The notes under the pieces: generated by a model
Databases searched by the model: none
The model's input: the letters and a program-made list of their open reading frames with translations, nothing else
What the model was told of the DNA's origin: nothing
Part shown: positions 32,372 to 42,605 of the stretch, piece after piece
Position numbering within the stretch: position 1 is the first letter of the stretch
Layout of the letters: each line of letters begins with the position of its first letter
Made by a program: the position numbers and the translations under genes
Assembly: GCA_041640575.1 (NCBI GenBank)
Contig: JBEPZZ010000005.1
Coordinates: forward strand, 1-64,000
Direction of reading: 5' to 3'
DNA length: 64,000 bases
DNA from: Pseudothermotoga sp.
GTDB taxonomy: Bacteria > Thermotogota > Thermotogae > Thermotogales > DSM-5069

Positions 32372-33544
32372 ATGAAAAGGTTACTAGTTGCTTTAGCTCT
32401 TGTGGTAGTTGTTCTTGCCAATGCTGTAACATTAACCGTCATAGGTCCCTGGTCAGGAGCCGAGATGGACAAATTCCTTCCAGTTCTTGAGGAGTTCACA
32501 AAACAAACTGGAATCAAGGTCGAATACAAAATTTACAGAGCCGAAGACCTTGCAAATCTCTTACCAGCACAGTTTGCCGCAAGGAAAGCACCAGGCGATG
32601 TCATATTCATGTGGGCACATTTCATAAGAGAGTACGGACAAAAAGGTCACATACTGCCTTTAACAAATGTCATAAATGAAGCTGCATACCTGCCTGGTTC
32701 ATTGGATTCTGTGAAAGTTGGAAAAGAGCTCTACGGTGCAGCCTACACTGGAAAAGTTAAACCCGGTTTCTGGTATAGAAAAAGTTTCTTTGAAAAACAC
32801 GGCTTGACACCACCAAAAACCTGGGAAGAATTTGTTGGATTGCTCGAAAAGATCAGAAAAATTCAAGGAATTAAGGCTCCCATAGCAAGTGGAAATGGTG
32901 TTGGATGGCCTCTTTCAGATGTCACGGAGCATTTCTTAATCTCATTTGCTGGTCCTGAAGTCATATATGATCTTATTGAAGGGAACATAAGATGGGACAG
33001 CTATGTCGTGCGGAACGCTCTGAACAAATTAGTGTATTTACTCGAAAAGCGTTATTTCGGTGAACCAACTGAATGGACTCTTGCCGTTGAGCAATGGTGG
33101 AACGGTGACTACGCACTTTACTTCATGGGAAGCTGGATAACTGGTATGGTAAAAGATCCAAATGATCTTGGAGTATTCGCTCTACCAGGCACGAAAGGTG
33201 TTGTTTTCGGAGCTGATTATGCTTTCGTTCCAAAATACACACAGTATCCAGAAGAAGCAAAGAGACTTATCAGTTGGCTTTGCGGTCCAGAAGGTCAAAC
33301 AATTCAGGTAAAACAAGGCGGACATGTCGCAACAGCAGTGAGTGTAAATCTCTCAAACTATCCACCTGTTGACAGGGAAGTCGCTAAAATCATCCAGGGT
33401 GCCGCAGCTTTGCCTGATCTCGACGATACTATCGGTGGAGAATGGCAACCAACTTTCTGGGATCAACTCAAATTGTTGTGGGTTAGACCGAACAGGTTAG
33501 AAGAAGTCATTGGTGTTTTGCAGCAAAAAGCTCCAAGGAAATGA
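32372..33544 (+). CDS. Carbohydrate ABC transporter substrate-binding protein (probably trehalose, TreE-like)
   Basis: Signal peptide, CUT1 SBP pattern, operon with TreT and a ROK regulator. Confidence 0.85.
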   Translation: MKRLLVALALVVVVLANAVTLTVIGPWSGAEMDKFLPVLEEFTKQTGIKVEYKIYRAEDLANLLPAQFAARKAPGDVIFMWAHFIREYGQKGHILPLTNVINEAAYLPGSLDSVKVGKELYGAAYTGKVKPGFWYRKSFFEKHGLTPPKTWEEFVGLLEKIRKIQGIKAPIASGNGVGWPLSDVTEHFLISFAGPEVIYDLIEGNIRWDSYVVRNALNKLVYLLEKRYFGEPTEWTLAVEQWWNGDYALYFMGSWITGMVKDPNDLGVFALPGTKGVVFGADYAFVPKYTQYPEEAKRLISWLCGPEGQTIQVKQGGHVATAVSVNLSNYPPVDREVAKIIQGAAALPDLDDTIGGEWQPTFWDQLKLLWVRPNRLEEVIGVLQQKAPRK

Positions 33545-34425
33545 TACCAATGAAAAGGGAGAAACTTTACGTTCTATTCTTCTTGTTGCCAGCTATTTTT
33601 ATGCTATTGACCTTTGTAGTATACCCAGTCGTAAGGACAGTGGTATATAGCTTTCTAGATCAAAGTGGAAATTTCGTTGGGTTTAAGAATTATAAACAGG
33701 TTATTCTCAGCAGGGAAATAATCGATTTGAGGGGGTTCTCCAGGGGTTTTCCCCTGGGAGCCCTTTTTCACAACCTTCTTTGGATATGGATACACTTGCC
33801 AGCAACCGTGATCATAGGACTACTCTTGGCAGTTTTACTCAAGAATGTAAGAGGTGGTGCTTTGATCAAAGCTGTGATATTTCTCGGAATGGTAATGCCA
33901 ATGATAGTCGGTGGTGTAATCATTAATTTTATCTTCGATAAAAACCTTGGCATTGTTAATGGTGTATTCAGTCTGTTCAAGATCCAAACTAGAACATGGA
34001 CGGCACATCCAGATACCGCTCTTTTGTCTCTTATCTTCGGATCAATTTGGCTTTGGACGGGTTTTTCTGTGGTGCTTTACTCCGCCGGGCTTGAGACCAT
34101 TCCAAAAGATATTTATGAAGCAGCTCAACTAGATGGCGCTTCATCGTTTGTGATATTTAGGAGAATCACGGTGCCACTTTTGAGGCCCATCACCGTCGTC
34201 GTGATAACGATGACTTTGCTTTGGGAATTGAAAGTGTTTGACATAGTTTACGTCGCGACTATGGGTGGACCTGGTGGTGCATCCAATGTTTTAGCGTTGC
34301 AAATGTACCTGTACGCCTTCAGAGCACTGGATTTCAACAGATCTGCAGTTGTTGCAGTTATACTTACGTTATCAACACTTGCAGCAAGCCTTGCTCTTAT
34401 GAAATCTGTGAGGGATGAAGTATGA
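33541..34425 (+). CDS. Carbohydrate ABC permease (MalF-type)
   Basis: Multiple TM helices, YEAAQLDGA loop. Confidence 0.92.
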   Translation: MIPMKREKLYVLFFLLPAIFMLLTFVVYPVVRTVVYSFLDQSGNFVGFKNYKQVILSREIIDLRGFSRGFPLGALFHNLLWIWIHLPATVIIGLLLAVLLKNVRGGALIKAVIFLGMVMPMIVGGVIINFIFDKNLGIVNGVFSLFKIQTRTWTAHPDTALLSLIFGSIWLWTGFSVVLYSAGLETIPKDIYEAAQLDGASSFVIFRRITVPLLRPITVVVITMTLLWELKVFDIVYVATMGGPGGASNVLALQMYLYAFRALDFNRSAVVAVILTLSTLAASLALMKSVRDEV

Positions 34426-35243
34426 GGAAAAAGTTAATTTTGACTATACTAGCCTGGCTTATAGGCTTAATATGGATATTACCTTTTGTTGGACTTTTCA
34501 TGACTGCCACCCGACCAATGAGTGAACTACTAAAAGGTTGGTGGCGCTTTGGAACTTTTACCTTGACGACGAAAAATTTTGTCGGCGCATGGAATCATCC
34601 AACGGCATCGTTAAAAACTGGAATGATTAATTCACTAATCATTTCACTTCCAGCAACAACTCTTCCACTTTTGATCGCTACAATGGCAGGTTATGGGTTT
34701 TCAAGATACAAATTTCGCTTTAGAAAAATACTCTTTTTGCTCGTTGTTATAACACTTGCCTTACCTCAACAGACGATAGCCATTCCAATATTTCAAATGA
34801 TGAATTTCCTGGGATTAATTGATAACTATTTGGGTTTGATAATTGTTCACACCGCTTGGGGAATACCTTGGATAACCTTCTTCATGAGAAATTTCTTTTA
34901 CACGTTACCAAAAGAGATGGAAGAGGCAGCCAAAATAGACGGAGCTAACGATATACAAATATTCTTTCGGATTGTAATGCCTGTTGCTTTGCCAGCAATT
35001 GGTTCGGCATGTGCATTGCAATTTACATGGGTTTGGAGCGATTTTTTCTTGGCGTTAATTCTAATTTATTCTCCAAATAAATTGCTTGCTACCCAACGAA
35101 TACCTTTGATGCGTGGTGTCTACCACGTGGATTGGGGGCTGTTAGCATCGGCGTCCATCATGGTAATGATAGTTCCGATTATTGTTTATCTTCTACTTCA
35201 AAAATATTACATAAAAGGAATGATTGGTTGGTCGCTGAAATAA
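34422..35243 (+). CDS. Carbohydrate ABC permease (MalG-type)
   Basis: EEAAKIDGA loop, QKYYIKGM C-terminus. Confidence 0.92.
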   Translation: MRKKLILTILAWLIGLIWILPFVGLFMTATRPMSELLKGWWRFGTFTLTTKNFVGAWNHPTASLKTGMINSLIISLPATTLPLLIATMAGYGFSRYKFRFRKILFLLVVITLALPQQTIAIPIFQMMNFLGLIDNYLGLIIVHTAWGIPWITFFMRNFFYTLPKEMEEAAKIDGANDIQIFFRIVMPVALPAIGSACALQFTWVWSDFFLALILIYSPNKLLATQRIPLMRGVYHVDWGLLASASIMVMIVPIIVYLLLQKYYIKGMIGWSLK

Positions 35244-35259
35244 AAGGAGGAGGAAAGCC

Positions 35260-36483
35260 ATGAAAGTAGATTTGAAACAAAGAAGTATTGATGAATACAG
35301 AGTTATCATTGGCGATGGTGTAGAAAAAATTAAGGAACTGTCAAAACCTCTCAGAGGTTTACGAGTTATACATGTCAATGCGACTGCATTTGGCGGAGGT
35401 GTAGCAGAAATTCTTCAGAACCTTGTACCTTTGATGAGATCTGTTGGGCTTGATGCAGAATGGAATGCTTTGGAGGCACCAAACGAATTTTTCAATGTGA
35501 CAAAGAAGTTTCACAATACCCTTCAAGGAGCAAAAATACAAGTCACTGACTCTGAGTGGGAACTGTATGAGGAGATTTGCAATCAAAATTCGCACATGAT
35601 AAATGGTGATTTTGACTTTTTAGTTATTCACGATCCACAACCAGCTGCAATCAAGAAATTTGTAAAATCTAAGCCTTATGCAAAGTGGATTTGGCGTTGT
35701 CATATAGATCTCTCCACACCTAATCATGAAATATGGTCAAGATTCAGCAACTATGTGAAAGATTACGACAGATTAATATTCCATCTTCTAGATTACTTCC
35801 CCAAAGATCTTGCTTCGAAATGTGTTTCGTTTCCACCAAGCATAGATCCATTAAGCGATAAAAACAAAGAACTTGACAAACAGTTCTGTGTCGAGATTAT
35901 TCAAAGACTTGGCATAGATCCATCTAGACCACTGATTACTGTTGTCGCACGTTTTGATCCGTGGAAAGATCTTTTCTCAGCAATAGACGTTTATAGGTTA
36001 GTCAAAAAAGCTATTCCAGAAGTTCAACTAGCAATAGTATCAGCTATGGCATCCGATGATCCTGAGGGCTGGATTTTCTTCGAAAAGGTTGCACGATATG
36101 CAGGTGTGGATAAAGATATATACTTCTGCACTAACCTGAACGGCGTAGGTAACTTGGAGGTCAACGCAATTCAAAGATCAACAACAGTAGCTCTTCATAC
36201 TGCAACTCGAGAAGGTTTTGGTCTGGTAATAAGTGAGGCTTTGTACAAGCAAGTACCTGTCGTTGCGAGACCTGTTGGAGGTGTGAAAATCCAAATCAAG
36301 CATGGTGAAACTGGCTATCTAGCATGGGATATCGAAGAATTGGCCAACTACACGATTGAACTCATTAAAAATGATTCAAAGCGTAAGACAATGGGCTATT
36401 CAGGAAGAAAAGATGTTATAGAGAAATTTATTATCACAGCGAATTTGGCGAACTACTTGAAACTCTTTATAAGCCTTATGTGA
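35260..36483 (+). CDS. treT: Trehalose glycosyltransferring synthase (GT4)
   Basis: HVNATAFGGGVAEIL, IHDPQP, WRCHID, RFDPWK, REGFGLVISEAL. Confidence 0.88.
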   Translation: MKVDLKQRSIDEYRVIIGDGVEKIKELSKPLRGLRVIHVNATAFGGGVAEILQNLVPLMRSVGLDAEWNALEAPNEFFNVTKKFHNTLQGAKIQVTDSEWELYEEICNQNSHMINGDFDFLVIHDPQPAAIKKFVKSKPYAKWIWRCHIDLSTPNHEIWSRFSNYVKDYDRLIFHLLDYFPKDLASKCVSFPPSIDPLSDKNKELDKQFCVEIIQRLGIDPSRPLITVVARFDPWKDLFSAIDVYRLVKKAIPEVQLAIVSAMASDDPEGWIFFEKVARYAGVDKDIYFCTNLNGVGNLEVNAIQRSTTVALHTATREGFGLVISEALYKQVPVVARPVGGVKIQIKHGETGYLAWDIEELANYTIELIKNDSKRKTMGYSGRKDVIEKFIITANLANYLKLFISLM

Positions 36484-36543
36484 GGCTCACTAGACAATTA
36501 CGAGATACTTATTGTTGTATCATTAACTGTAGGAGGACGTCTT

Positions 36544-37665
36544 TTGCCAGCGCCGGCGCTGAGAAAAAGAAACAAGTTGCAAGTACTTTTGACCATATTC
36601 AAGCGAAAGGGTATTCTGAGAGAACAACTTGCATCTGAAACAAAATTGTCTCTGAGCACTCTAAGTTACATATTGCGTGAACTAATTGAAGAACAACTTG
36701 TTAGTTCCGTGGTAGTGCATAAAGGTCGTGGAAGACCTTCACAACTTCTTCGAGTAAGATCTGATTCATGGTTCGTCATAGGTATAAAAGTGGGGAGAGA
36801 AGAAGTTCGAGGTACACTTTTTAACTCCCTGATGGAAGTTGTCCGTAACCACTCAGTTAGGATCATGGCTTCAATGAGAAATAATGAAGGTTATTCAAAT
36901 GCATTAAGAGAAGTCCTAGAAGAACTGAAACACGAAAAATTGCTAGGTGTTGGTATTTGTTCAAGTGGAATAGTTGATGAGGACTCGATAGTGGTTTCAC
37001 ATTTGATGAACGTTAGAAATCTCAAAGTTTCCGTTTTGCTAAGCAGTATGGGCATTGAGAATTTCATTCTAATGAATGATGTAGATGCTCTCAGTTATGC
37101 TATATCTGACCTTGGAGAATCAAATTTCCTTGCTTTGACTTATGGAACAGGAATAGGTGCCAGTTATTATCAAGCTGGAAAAGCTCAACACATAGAAATT
37201 GGGCATGTCATTGTATCATCAACAGGCAAATGCTATTGTGGACAAACCGGATGTTTAGAATACCATGCGTCTGAATACGCGGTTTTGAAGGCTTTTTTGA
37301 AAACGGACTTTTCATTCGAAGATTTTGCTGCAAACGAGGAAGAAAAATACAGAGACAAAATCAACCAACTTAGAGAGATTTCAAAAAAGAATTTCGATGA
37401 AGTCAAAGTTTTCTATGAGCCGGCGTTTCGACTTCTTTCTGTTGTCCTTGGAAATCTGCTTTTGATCTTAAAACCCTCGAAGGTTTTTTTCCTTGGCGAA
37501 GGATTGACAAATATAAAAATGGTAAACTTGATAAAAAATTATGTGCAAGCAAGTTTCAACAGCGAGTTCATAAGTCCTACTGATTTTGCTATGGCTGGCG
37601 CTAGTTGGGAATTCGGCGTGGCACTTGCAGCCTTGCACAAGTACCTTCATAAATTAATCCGTTGA
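36544..37665 (+). CDS. ROK-family transcriptional repressor (TreR-like)
   Basis: N-terminal HTH with GRGRP; EIGH and CYCGQTGCLE zinc motif. Confidence 0.88.
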   Translation: MPAPALRKRNKLQVLLTIFKRKGILREQLASETKLSLSTLSYILRELIEEQLVSSVVVHKGRGRPSQLLRVRSDSWFVIGIKVGREEVRGTLFNSLMEVVRNHSVRIMASMRNNEGYSNALREVLEELKHEKLLGVGICSSGIVDEDSIVVSHLMNVRNLKVSVLLSSMGIENFILMNDVDALSYAISDLGESNFLALTYGTGIGASYYQAGKAQHIEIGHVIVSSTGKCYCGQTGCLEYHASEYAVLKAFLKTDFSFEDFAANEEEKYRDKINQLREISKKNFDEVKVFYEPAFRLLSVVLGNLLLILKPSKVFFLGEGLTNIKMVNLIKNYVQASFNSEFISPTDFAMAGASWEFGVALAALHKYLHKLIR

Positions 37666-37670
37666 TCGAC

Positions 37671-38663
37671 CTATCCACAAAGAGTTCTTAGCAAATGCTC
37701 AAATTCTTCGGCCATATTTTGAGCGTCTCTGAGTAACTTATCGGCAACATTTATCTTCTTGCCAATCAATTTAAAAACAACCAAAGCTATCTCTACCTCA
37801 TCTTCTTTTAGATAACCTTCGTACTTTGGCATGTATCTCTTCATGAATCTGTTCGCCTTACTATTGTTCAAACTTATGAATGGTATTCCATGGTATATAG
37901 CCAAAAGACTAGCATGCATTCTTTGCGAAACAACCAATCGAGACGAAAGGATGGCTTCTACTGGATTTTCGACGTACCTTAAATCATACTCAGAGGCTAG
38001 TTTTTGCACAACCTGTTTATCTTCCTCACTGAAAGCTGTGACAATAACGTTTCCCTTGCCAATTTTTTCTTCAATCGTTTTAACAAGATGATTCAAATCT
38101 ATTTCTCTTTTAAGACAAAAGCAAATTTGACTTGAACTTTTCGCTGCAAATTTAGCAGAATCAAAGGTAAGAATTGCGAGATCTGTTCCTTGATAAACGT
38201 TTTTTCCAATCAGCCTTGCATAACGAAAACTAACAGGATCTCTCGCAAAAACATAAACCTTTCGACTGGACAGAAAAAATTTTACCAACATCCTTGAGAT
38301 TTTCCTTCTTAGAGGGCCAAAACTGTTACCAAGTAAAATCACAGGCTTACCAAGCAGAATGGAGAGAAAAACTATCGAAGAATAATACAATAGACTTCTA
38401 AAGCTTGTCTCATCCTGAAAAATTCCACCTCCACCACAGACTACTACAGAACTCTTTGCTATAGCCTTTAAGACAGATATTGGAGAAAATCTGTTCACCG
38501 GTTGGATTAACCAGCTAGCATACTTTGAGGCCTTATCCTTTGGTACAGAAAGAAAGATCTTGTGAAAGCCAGATTGTTCAAGTAACTTCACAGTAGCTTG
38601 ACACAACATCTCGTCCCCGAGATTTCCGTAACCGTAATAACCAAATACAAAAGCTGCTTTCAA
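37671..38663 (-). CDS. csaB: Polysaccharide pyruvyl transferase
   Basis: GYYGYGNLGDE, GGGGIFQDETS.RSL.YY, RD, RMHA. Confidence 0.85.
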   Translation of the reverse strand: MKAAFVFGYYGYGNLGDEMLCQATVKLLEQSGFHKIFLSVPKDKASKYASWLIQPVNRFSPISVLKAIAKSSVVVCGGGGIFQDETSFRSLLYYSSIVFLSILLGKPVILLGNSFGPLRRKISRMLVKFFLSSRKVYVFARDPVSFRYARLIGKNVYQGTDLAILTFDSAKFAAKSSSQICFCLKREIDLNHLVKTIEEKIGKGNVIVTAFSEEDKQVVQKLASEYDLRYVENPVEAILSSRLVVSQRMHASLLAIYHGIPFISLNNSKANRFMKRYMPKYEGYLKEDEVEIALVVFKLIGKKINVADKLLRDAQNMAEEFEHLLRTLCG

Positions 38664-38723
38664 GGAAGAACAGTCCTCTCTGTAGAATTATCCAATGAAG
38701 ATTATAACAAGGGGAAGACCATA

Positions 38724-39470
38724 ATGATACAAAAGGTCAAGGATAACATTCTTACCGTTGGTTCAGAGGGCTCGTCAAACGTAACAATAATACTTTTGCA
38801 ACATGGCTCAATAATTGTAGACACATCACTTTTCCCTGAAAAGGCAGTGAAAATACGGCAGTTTGTCGAACATACTGTAAGAAAACCAATACTTTACGTT
38901 GTAAACACACATTATCACCCTGACCATTGTTTTGGAAACGTCGCATTTGAAGACGTCCAGATACTTTCCTCCGTACAAACAGCTAATAACATTGCCATCA
39001 TGGACGAGAAATATATGGAGAACCTTCCAAAAGTGGAAAGATTGGTTGCTCCGAGCCTGACCTATGTCGATGAGTGGTTTGATGATAACATTCAAATAAA
39101 AGTTTTAGGGGGACACACTCCTGATTCATCAATAGTGTATGTACCAAACGAAAAAGTGCTTATCGCTGGCGACCTGATTTTCAATGATTTTCATCCAGAA
39201 ATAGTATCCGACAGTAATTTGATGCAATGGATAGAGGCCCTTGAATTTTTGCTCAAACTCAAAATACAATATGTTATCCCTGGCCATGGACCTACGGGCG
39301 TTGTAGAATGCGTTGAATCTATGCTCAAGTATTTGAGCAAAATCCTCCGTCTAATTGATGGAAGAATTACATATTCAGAACTTCTTTCTGACGAAAACTT
39401 CACACAAAGAAAATTTCCTCAGCTCTTTTCTTGGGGAATAGAAAATTTGCTTCAGCAACGCGGCAAATAG
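38724..39470 (+). CDS. MBL-fold metallo-hydrolase
   Basis: NTHYHPDH, GGHT, AGDL, PGHG; ATG 38724 preferred. Confidence 0.88.
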   Translation: MIQKVKDNILTVGSEGSSNVTIILLQHGSIIVDTSLFPEKAVKIRQFVEHTVRKPILYVVNTHYHPDHCFGNVAFEDVQILSSVQTANNIAIMDEKYMENLPKVERLVAPSLTYVDEWFDDNIQIKVLGGHTPDSSIVYVPNEKVLIAGDLIFNDFHPEIVSDSNLMQWIEALEFLLKLKIQYVIPGHGPTGVVECVESMLKYLSKILRLIDGRITYSELLSDENFTQRKFPQLFSWGIENLLQQRGK

Positions 39471-39471
39471 T

Positions 39472-40065
39472 TCACCTATTTTTGAAGAAGCTATCAACAT
39501 CTATGCCCAACTTTAGATTCTCAAAGGTGAGTTTCACAAATTCATCGGAATTGTTTGACATAATCATGATTTGCTTTATGAAACCATCTTCAAAGGTCAT
39601 CCTGAATATAACGGGCTCTTTCGCTTGTGATGTAAAAATGGGTGCTGGCTTAACTGTTACAGTGTTCCCAGCAATGCTCAAAATGGTCATAGGTGTCTGA
39701 AACATTTTAAAAAGTAGCTCAAACAAACTTATGAACGTGCCGACTGGTATATCAATGTTTTCAATCCCAACATAACCCAGAGACTCAAAGTAGAATCTCT
39801 TTGTCCTGCCATAGTACCAAAACTTCAAACCGACCAGTTCAACGGGTTCTTTGATCTCCAGGTAAAAATCTTCCTGATTTCTTACGACAAGATCAACTAT
39901 GAGATTGAAAGAATGCTCTGCTGCATCTTGTAAAACCCGAGCATCTATACTCAAAGTTGTTGCAAAATCCTTACTGCCCGCTACTCGTTCGGCAAAATCA
40001 AAAATAGGGTTTGCAAAAGCAATTGATGCAATTAAAAGCAGTGCGAACCAAAGGCGCAACATCAA
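39472..40065 (-). CDS. Exported hypothetical protein, possibly LolA-like fold
   Basis: Signal peptide (AFA|N), beta-rich, ends LTFENLKLGIDVDSFF; coupled to fliY. Confidence 0.55.
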   Translation of the reverse strand: MMLRLWFALLLIASIAFANPIFDFAERVAGSKDFATTLSIDARVLQDAAEHSFNLIVDLVVRNQEDFYLEIKEPVELVGLKFWYYGRTKRFYFESLGYVGIENIDIPVGTFISLFELLFKMFQTPMTILSIAGNTVTVKPAPIFTSQAKEPVIFRMTFEDGFIKQIMIMSNNSDEFVKLTFENLKLGIDVDSFFKNR

Positions 40066-41087
40066 ATTCCGTTCGTCTCCCTAATAGAGTATAGTCTTTG
40101 TTTTGGGCTCACTATTTCTGTTATCCTGACACCAAAACTCTCATCGATAACCACAACTTCTCCTCTGGCTATCAATCGACCGTTCACTAAAATATCAACA
40201 GGTTCTCCAGTGAGTTTATCAAGTTCTATCAGCGACCCTACACTGAGTTCCAAAACTTGTTTCAATGTCATCTTTGCTCTTCCAAGTTCTACTACAACTT
40301 TCAAGGGAACATCCCAAAGGAGTTCAAGCTTATTATGAAGTGCTGATGGTTCTGTAACTGTAACCTGCTGTTCAGGTGTTTCAAATCTTTGAAATTGAAC
40401 TGGCTGAACCTTTACCTTCTCTTCGACTTGTTTTGCTTTCTTTTCTTCTTTTGGATGAATAACATTATAGATGTTTCTGAAGAGCAATATTGGTGCCAAC
40501 AGGAAAAACTGGGATTTCGAGCCGTTTATGCTAAGTTCTCCAGTAGCCACAATTAGGATCTCAGCTGGATTGAAAACAAAACTTACACTTTCTTCTTTTC
40601 TTGCGATTGAAACTTTTATGTTCTCGACAGTTATCTTCTTTTTAGCCCTGGTTGACAATTCAGTTGTTCCAGCACCAACAATTTGATTGAAAGTCTCATT
40701 GAGTGCACTTAACTTGATATCGTCGATTTCGCCAGATACAGAGTCCTCTAGGCCTCCCATCATCATATTTGCTATTTTTATACCTAGAGCTGTCGGTATC
40801 ATTATCAAAAAGTCGCCTTTTATGCCTTCCCCTAACCTTATTTCGGCTGCAAGCATATCACCAGCTAAACCTTTCAGAAAATCCTCGAAAGGCTGCTGAG
40901 ATATATCATCAAGGGAGAATGAAACATCTCGTCCTACAATTACTCCAAGCGCTGAACTAGCAGGACCCATAAATGTATTAACAACTTCCTTGATGATATT
41001 TTTGTCTTCATCCGCTACCTCTCCCGAAAGTCCTTTCAAAAGTTCGTTTAACTCATCTTGACTTAAAAAATCACTGCTCATGCTCAT
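40062..41087 (-). CDS. fliY: Flagellar switch phosphatase FliY (CheC-like plus FliN domain)
   Basis: LSQDEL peptide, two ExxN motifs (EVVN, ETFN), SpoA domain GEVVVIDESFGVRI. Confidence 0.9.
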   Translation of the reverse strand: MSMSSDFLSQDELNELLKGLSGEVADEDKNIIKEVVNTFMGPASSALGVIVGRDVSFSLDDISQQPFEDFLKGLAGDMLAAEIRLGEGIKGDFLIMIPTALGIKIANMMMGGLEDSVSGEIDDIKLSALNETFNQIVGAGTTELSTRAKKKITVENIKVSIARKEESVSFVFNPAEILIVATGELSINGSKSQFFLLAPILLFRNIYNVIHPKEEKKAKQVEEKVKVQPVQFQRFETPEQQVTVTEPSALHNKLELLWDVPLKVVVELGRAKMTLKQVLELSVGSLIELDKLTGEPVDILVNGRLIARGEVVVIDESFGVRITEIVSPKQRLYSIRETNGI

Positions 41088-42072
41088 GTTCTTCCACCTC
41101 CTGAGCTATCAGGCCGGTGATTTTGACTGCTTTGCGATCCTTGTATACACCTGGTTGCGCTCTAAACTTTGCTTGATCTTGAACAAGGATAGTTATATCA
41201 TCACCTACATGTGTGTCAAGCCTTATGACGTCTCCAACCTCAAGATCCAATATTTCTCCAACAGTCAATATCGATCGGCCCAATACTGCTGAAACATTGA
41301 GCTTCATGTTCAACGCATTGCTTTTAAGTTCCTTCGAAGCTTCCTCCATCTTTTCCTGTTTCTTGGCTGCAAACCACATCCTAGAAGTTAACTTGTCCAA
41401 GAACGGTTCTATCAGTGAAGATGGCCAACAAATATTCACAAATCCTTCTGTTTTTCCAACGACCGCAGACAAAGAAACTAGTAAGACCATCTCGGTAGAT
41501 GGAGCAATCTGAACAAATAACGGGTTATTTTCGATGCTTTCAATCATTGGTGAAAAATTATATATTTCGGTCCAAGCCTGTGCTAACGTGGTCAACATGT
41601 TCATGACTTCTTTCCGCATTATCGATATCTCTATATCCGAAGGTGTTCTTTTCACACTCGGGATGCCAGGCCCACCTAGAATTAAATCAAGAATAGTGTA
41701 GAACAATTCCAACCCAATCTCGAAAACACCGTTACCAGTGAATTCAGGGGCCGAAAAAATAACTACAAAAGATGGGCTTGGCAAAGATCTTATGAACTCT
41801 TCGTATGGTACTTGGTCAATGGAGGCTAGATTAACACTCGCGAAGCTTCTGACGCGCCCAGACAAATATGTTGAAAGTGCTCGTGCAAAATTTTCATGGA
41901 TCATATCAAAAATCCGTATATGTTCCTTCGAGAATTTACTTGGTCGTCTGAAATCATATTGTTTTACTTTTCTTTTTTCATCTTCTTTTTTTATCTCCTC
42001 CACTGACACTTGACCTGATTTAACTGCTTGTAAAAGTTTATCAATTTCTTCTTGACTCAATACGTCAGACAC
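41071..42072 (-). CDS. fliM: Flagellar motor switch protein FliM
   Basis: VLSQEEIDKLL, YDFRRPSKFSK, LGG.G; GTG 42072. Confidence 0.95.
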   Translation of the reverse strand: MSDVLSQEEIDKLLQAVKSGQVSVEEIKKEDEKRKVKQYDFRRPSKFSKEHIRIFDMIHENFARALSTYLSGRVRSFASVNLASIDQVPYEEFIRSLPSPSFVVIFSAPEFTGNGVFEIGLELFYTILDLILGGPGIPSVKRTPSDIEISIMRKEVMNMLTTLAQAWTEIYNFSPMIESIENNPLFVQIAPSTEMVLLVSLSAVVGKTEGFVNICWPSSLIEPFLDKLTSRMWFAAKKQEKMEEASKELKSNALNMKLNVSAVLGRSILTVGEILDLEVGDVIRLDTHVGDDITILVQDQAKFRAQPGVYKDRKAVKITGLIAQEVEEHEHEQ

Positions 42073-42083
42073 GCCATCACCCC

Positions 42084-42605
42084 TCATTCAACGGAACTGA
42101 TGGCTTTTATATACAAATACACACCAATAACACCAAGTCTCTCGCGGTCACCAACGAAACCTGTAACCTCATTGATCATTGACCTTATTTGCTTTTTGAG
42201 GAGCTCTATGCCTGCAACAGTATTTAGCTCTGACCTTTCCTTACTTAAGAATATAAGCATCAACCCATCCATTATTTGATCATGACGCTGTGCAATGGCG
42301 GCTCGACAGGCATCACTTGCTGTCGTAACTGTAAGAGAATCTATAACGGCTACTTCTTTTCCTCCCTTAAGCATGAAAGTCTGATAAGTACCGGCTTGAA
42401 TAATCGTTGCCTTTATCTCAACGGGAGCAGGAGTTAATTGTTCAGACTTTTTCGAGAGTGCCAAATTATCCCCGAGCAAAAATAAGCTGACAAAGGTCGC
42501 ACCCAAAGCGACTACAGCTGGTATGATCACCATTCCAATCAAACCACCTAAACCGCCCTTCTTAGATTTTTCCTGCTTTTCTTGATCATCTGGCATTCTT
42601 ATCAC
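42084..42605 (-). CDS. fliL: Flagellar basal-body protein FliL
   Basis: Single TM, G.ELLK.QI...IN pattern, between motB and fliM. Confidence 0.8.
   Translation of the reverse strand: MIRMPDDQEKQEKSKKGGLGGLIGMVIIPAVVALGATFVSLFLLGDNLALSKKSEQLTPAPVEIKATIIQAGTYQTFMLKGGKEVAVIDSLTVTTASDACRAAIAQRHDQIMDGLMLIFLSKERSELNTVAGIELLKKQIRSMINEVTGFVGDRERLGVIGVYLYIKAISSVE

Noticed and set aside
38598..38723. N-terminal extension of the MBL hydrolase overlapping csaB
   Set aside because: ATG 38724 has a purine-rich SD and avoids the overlap
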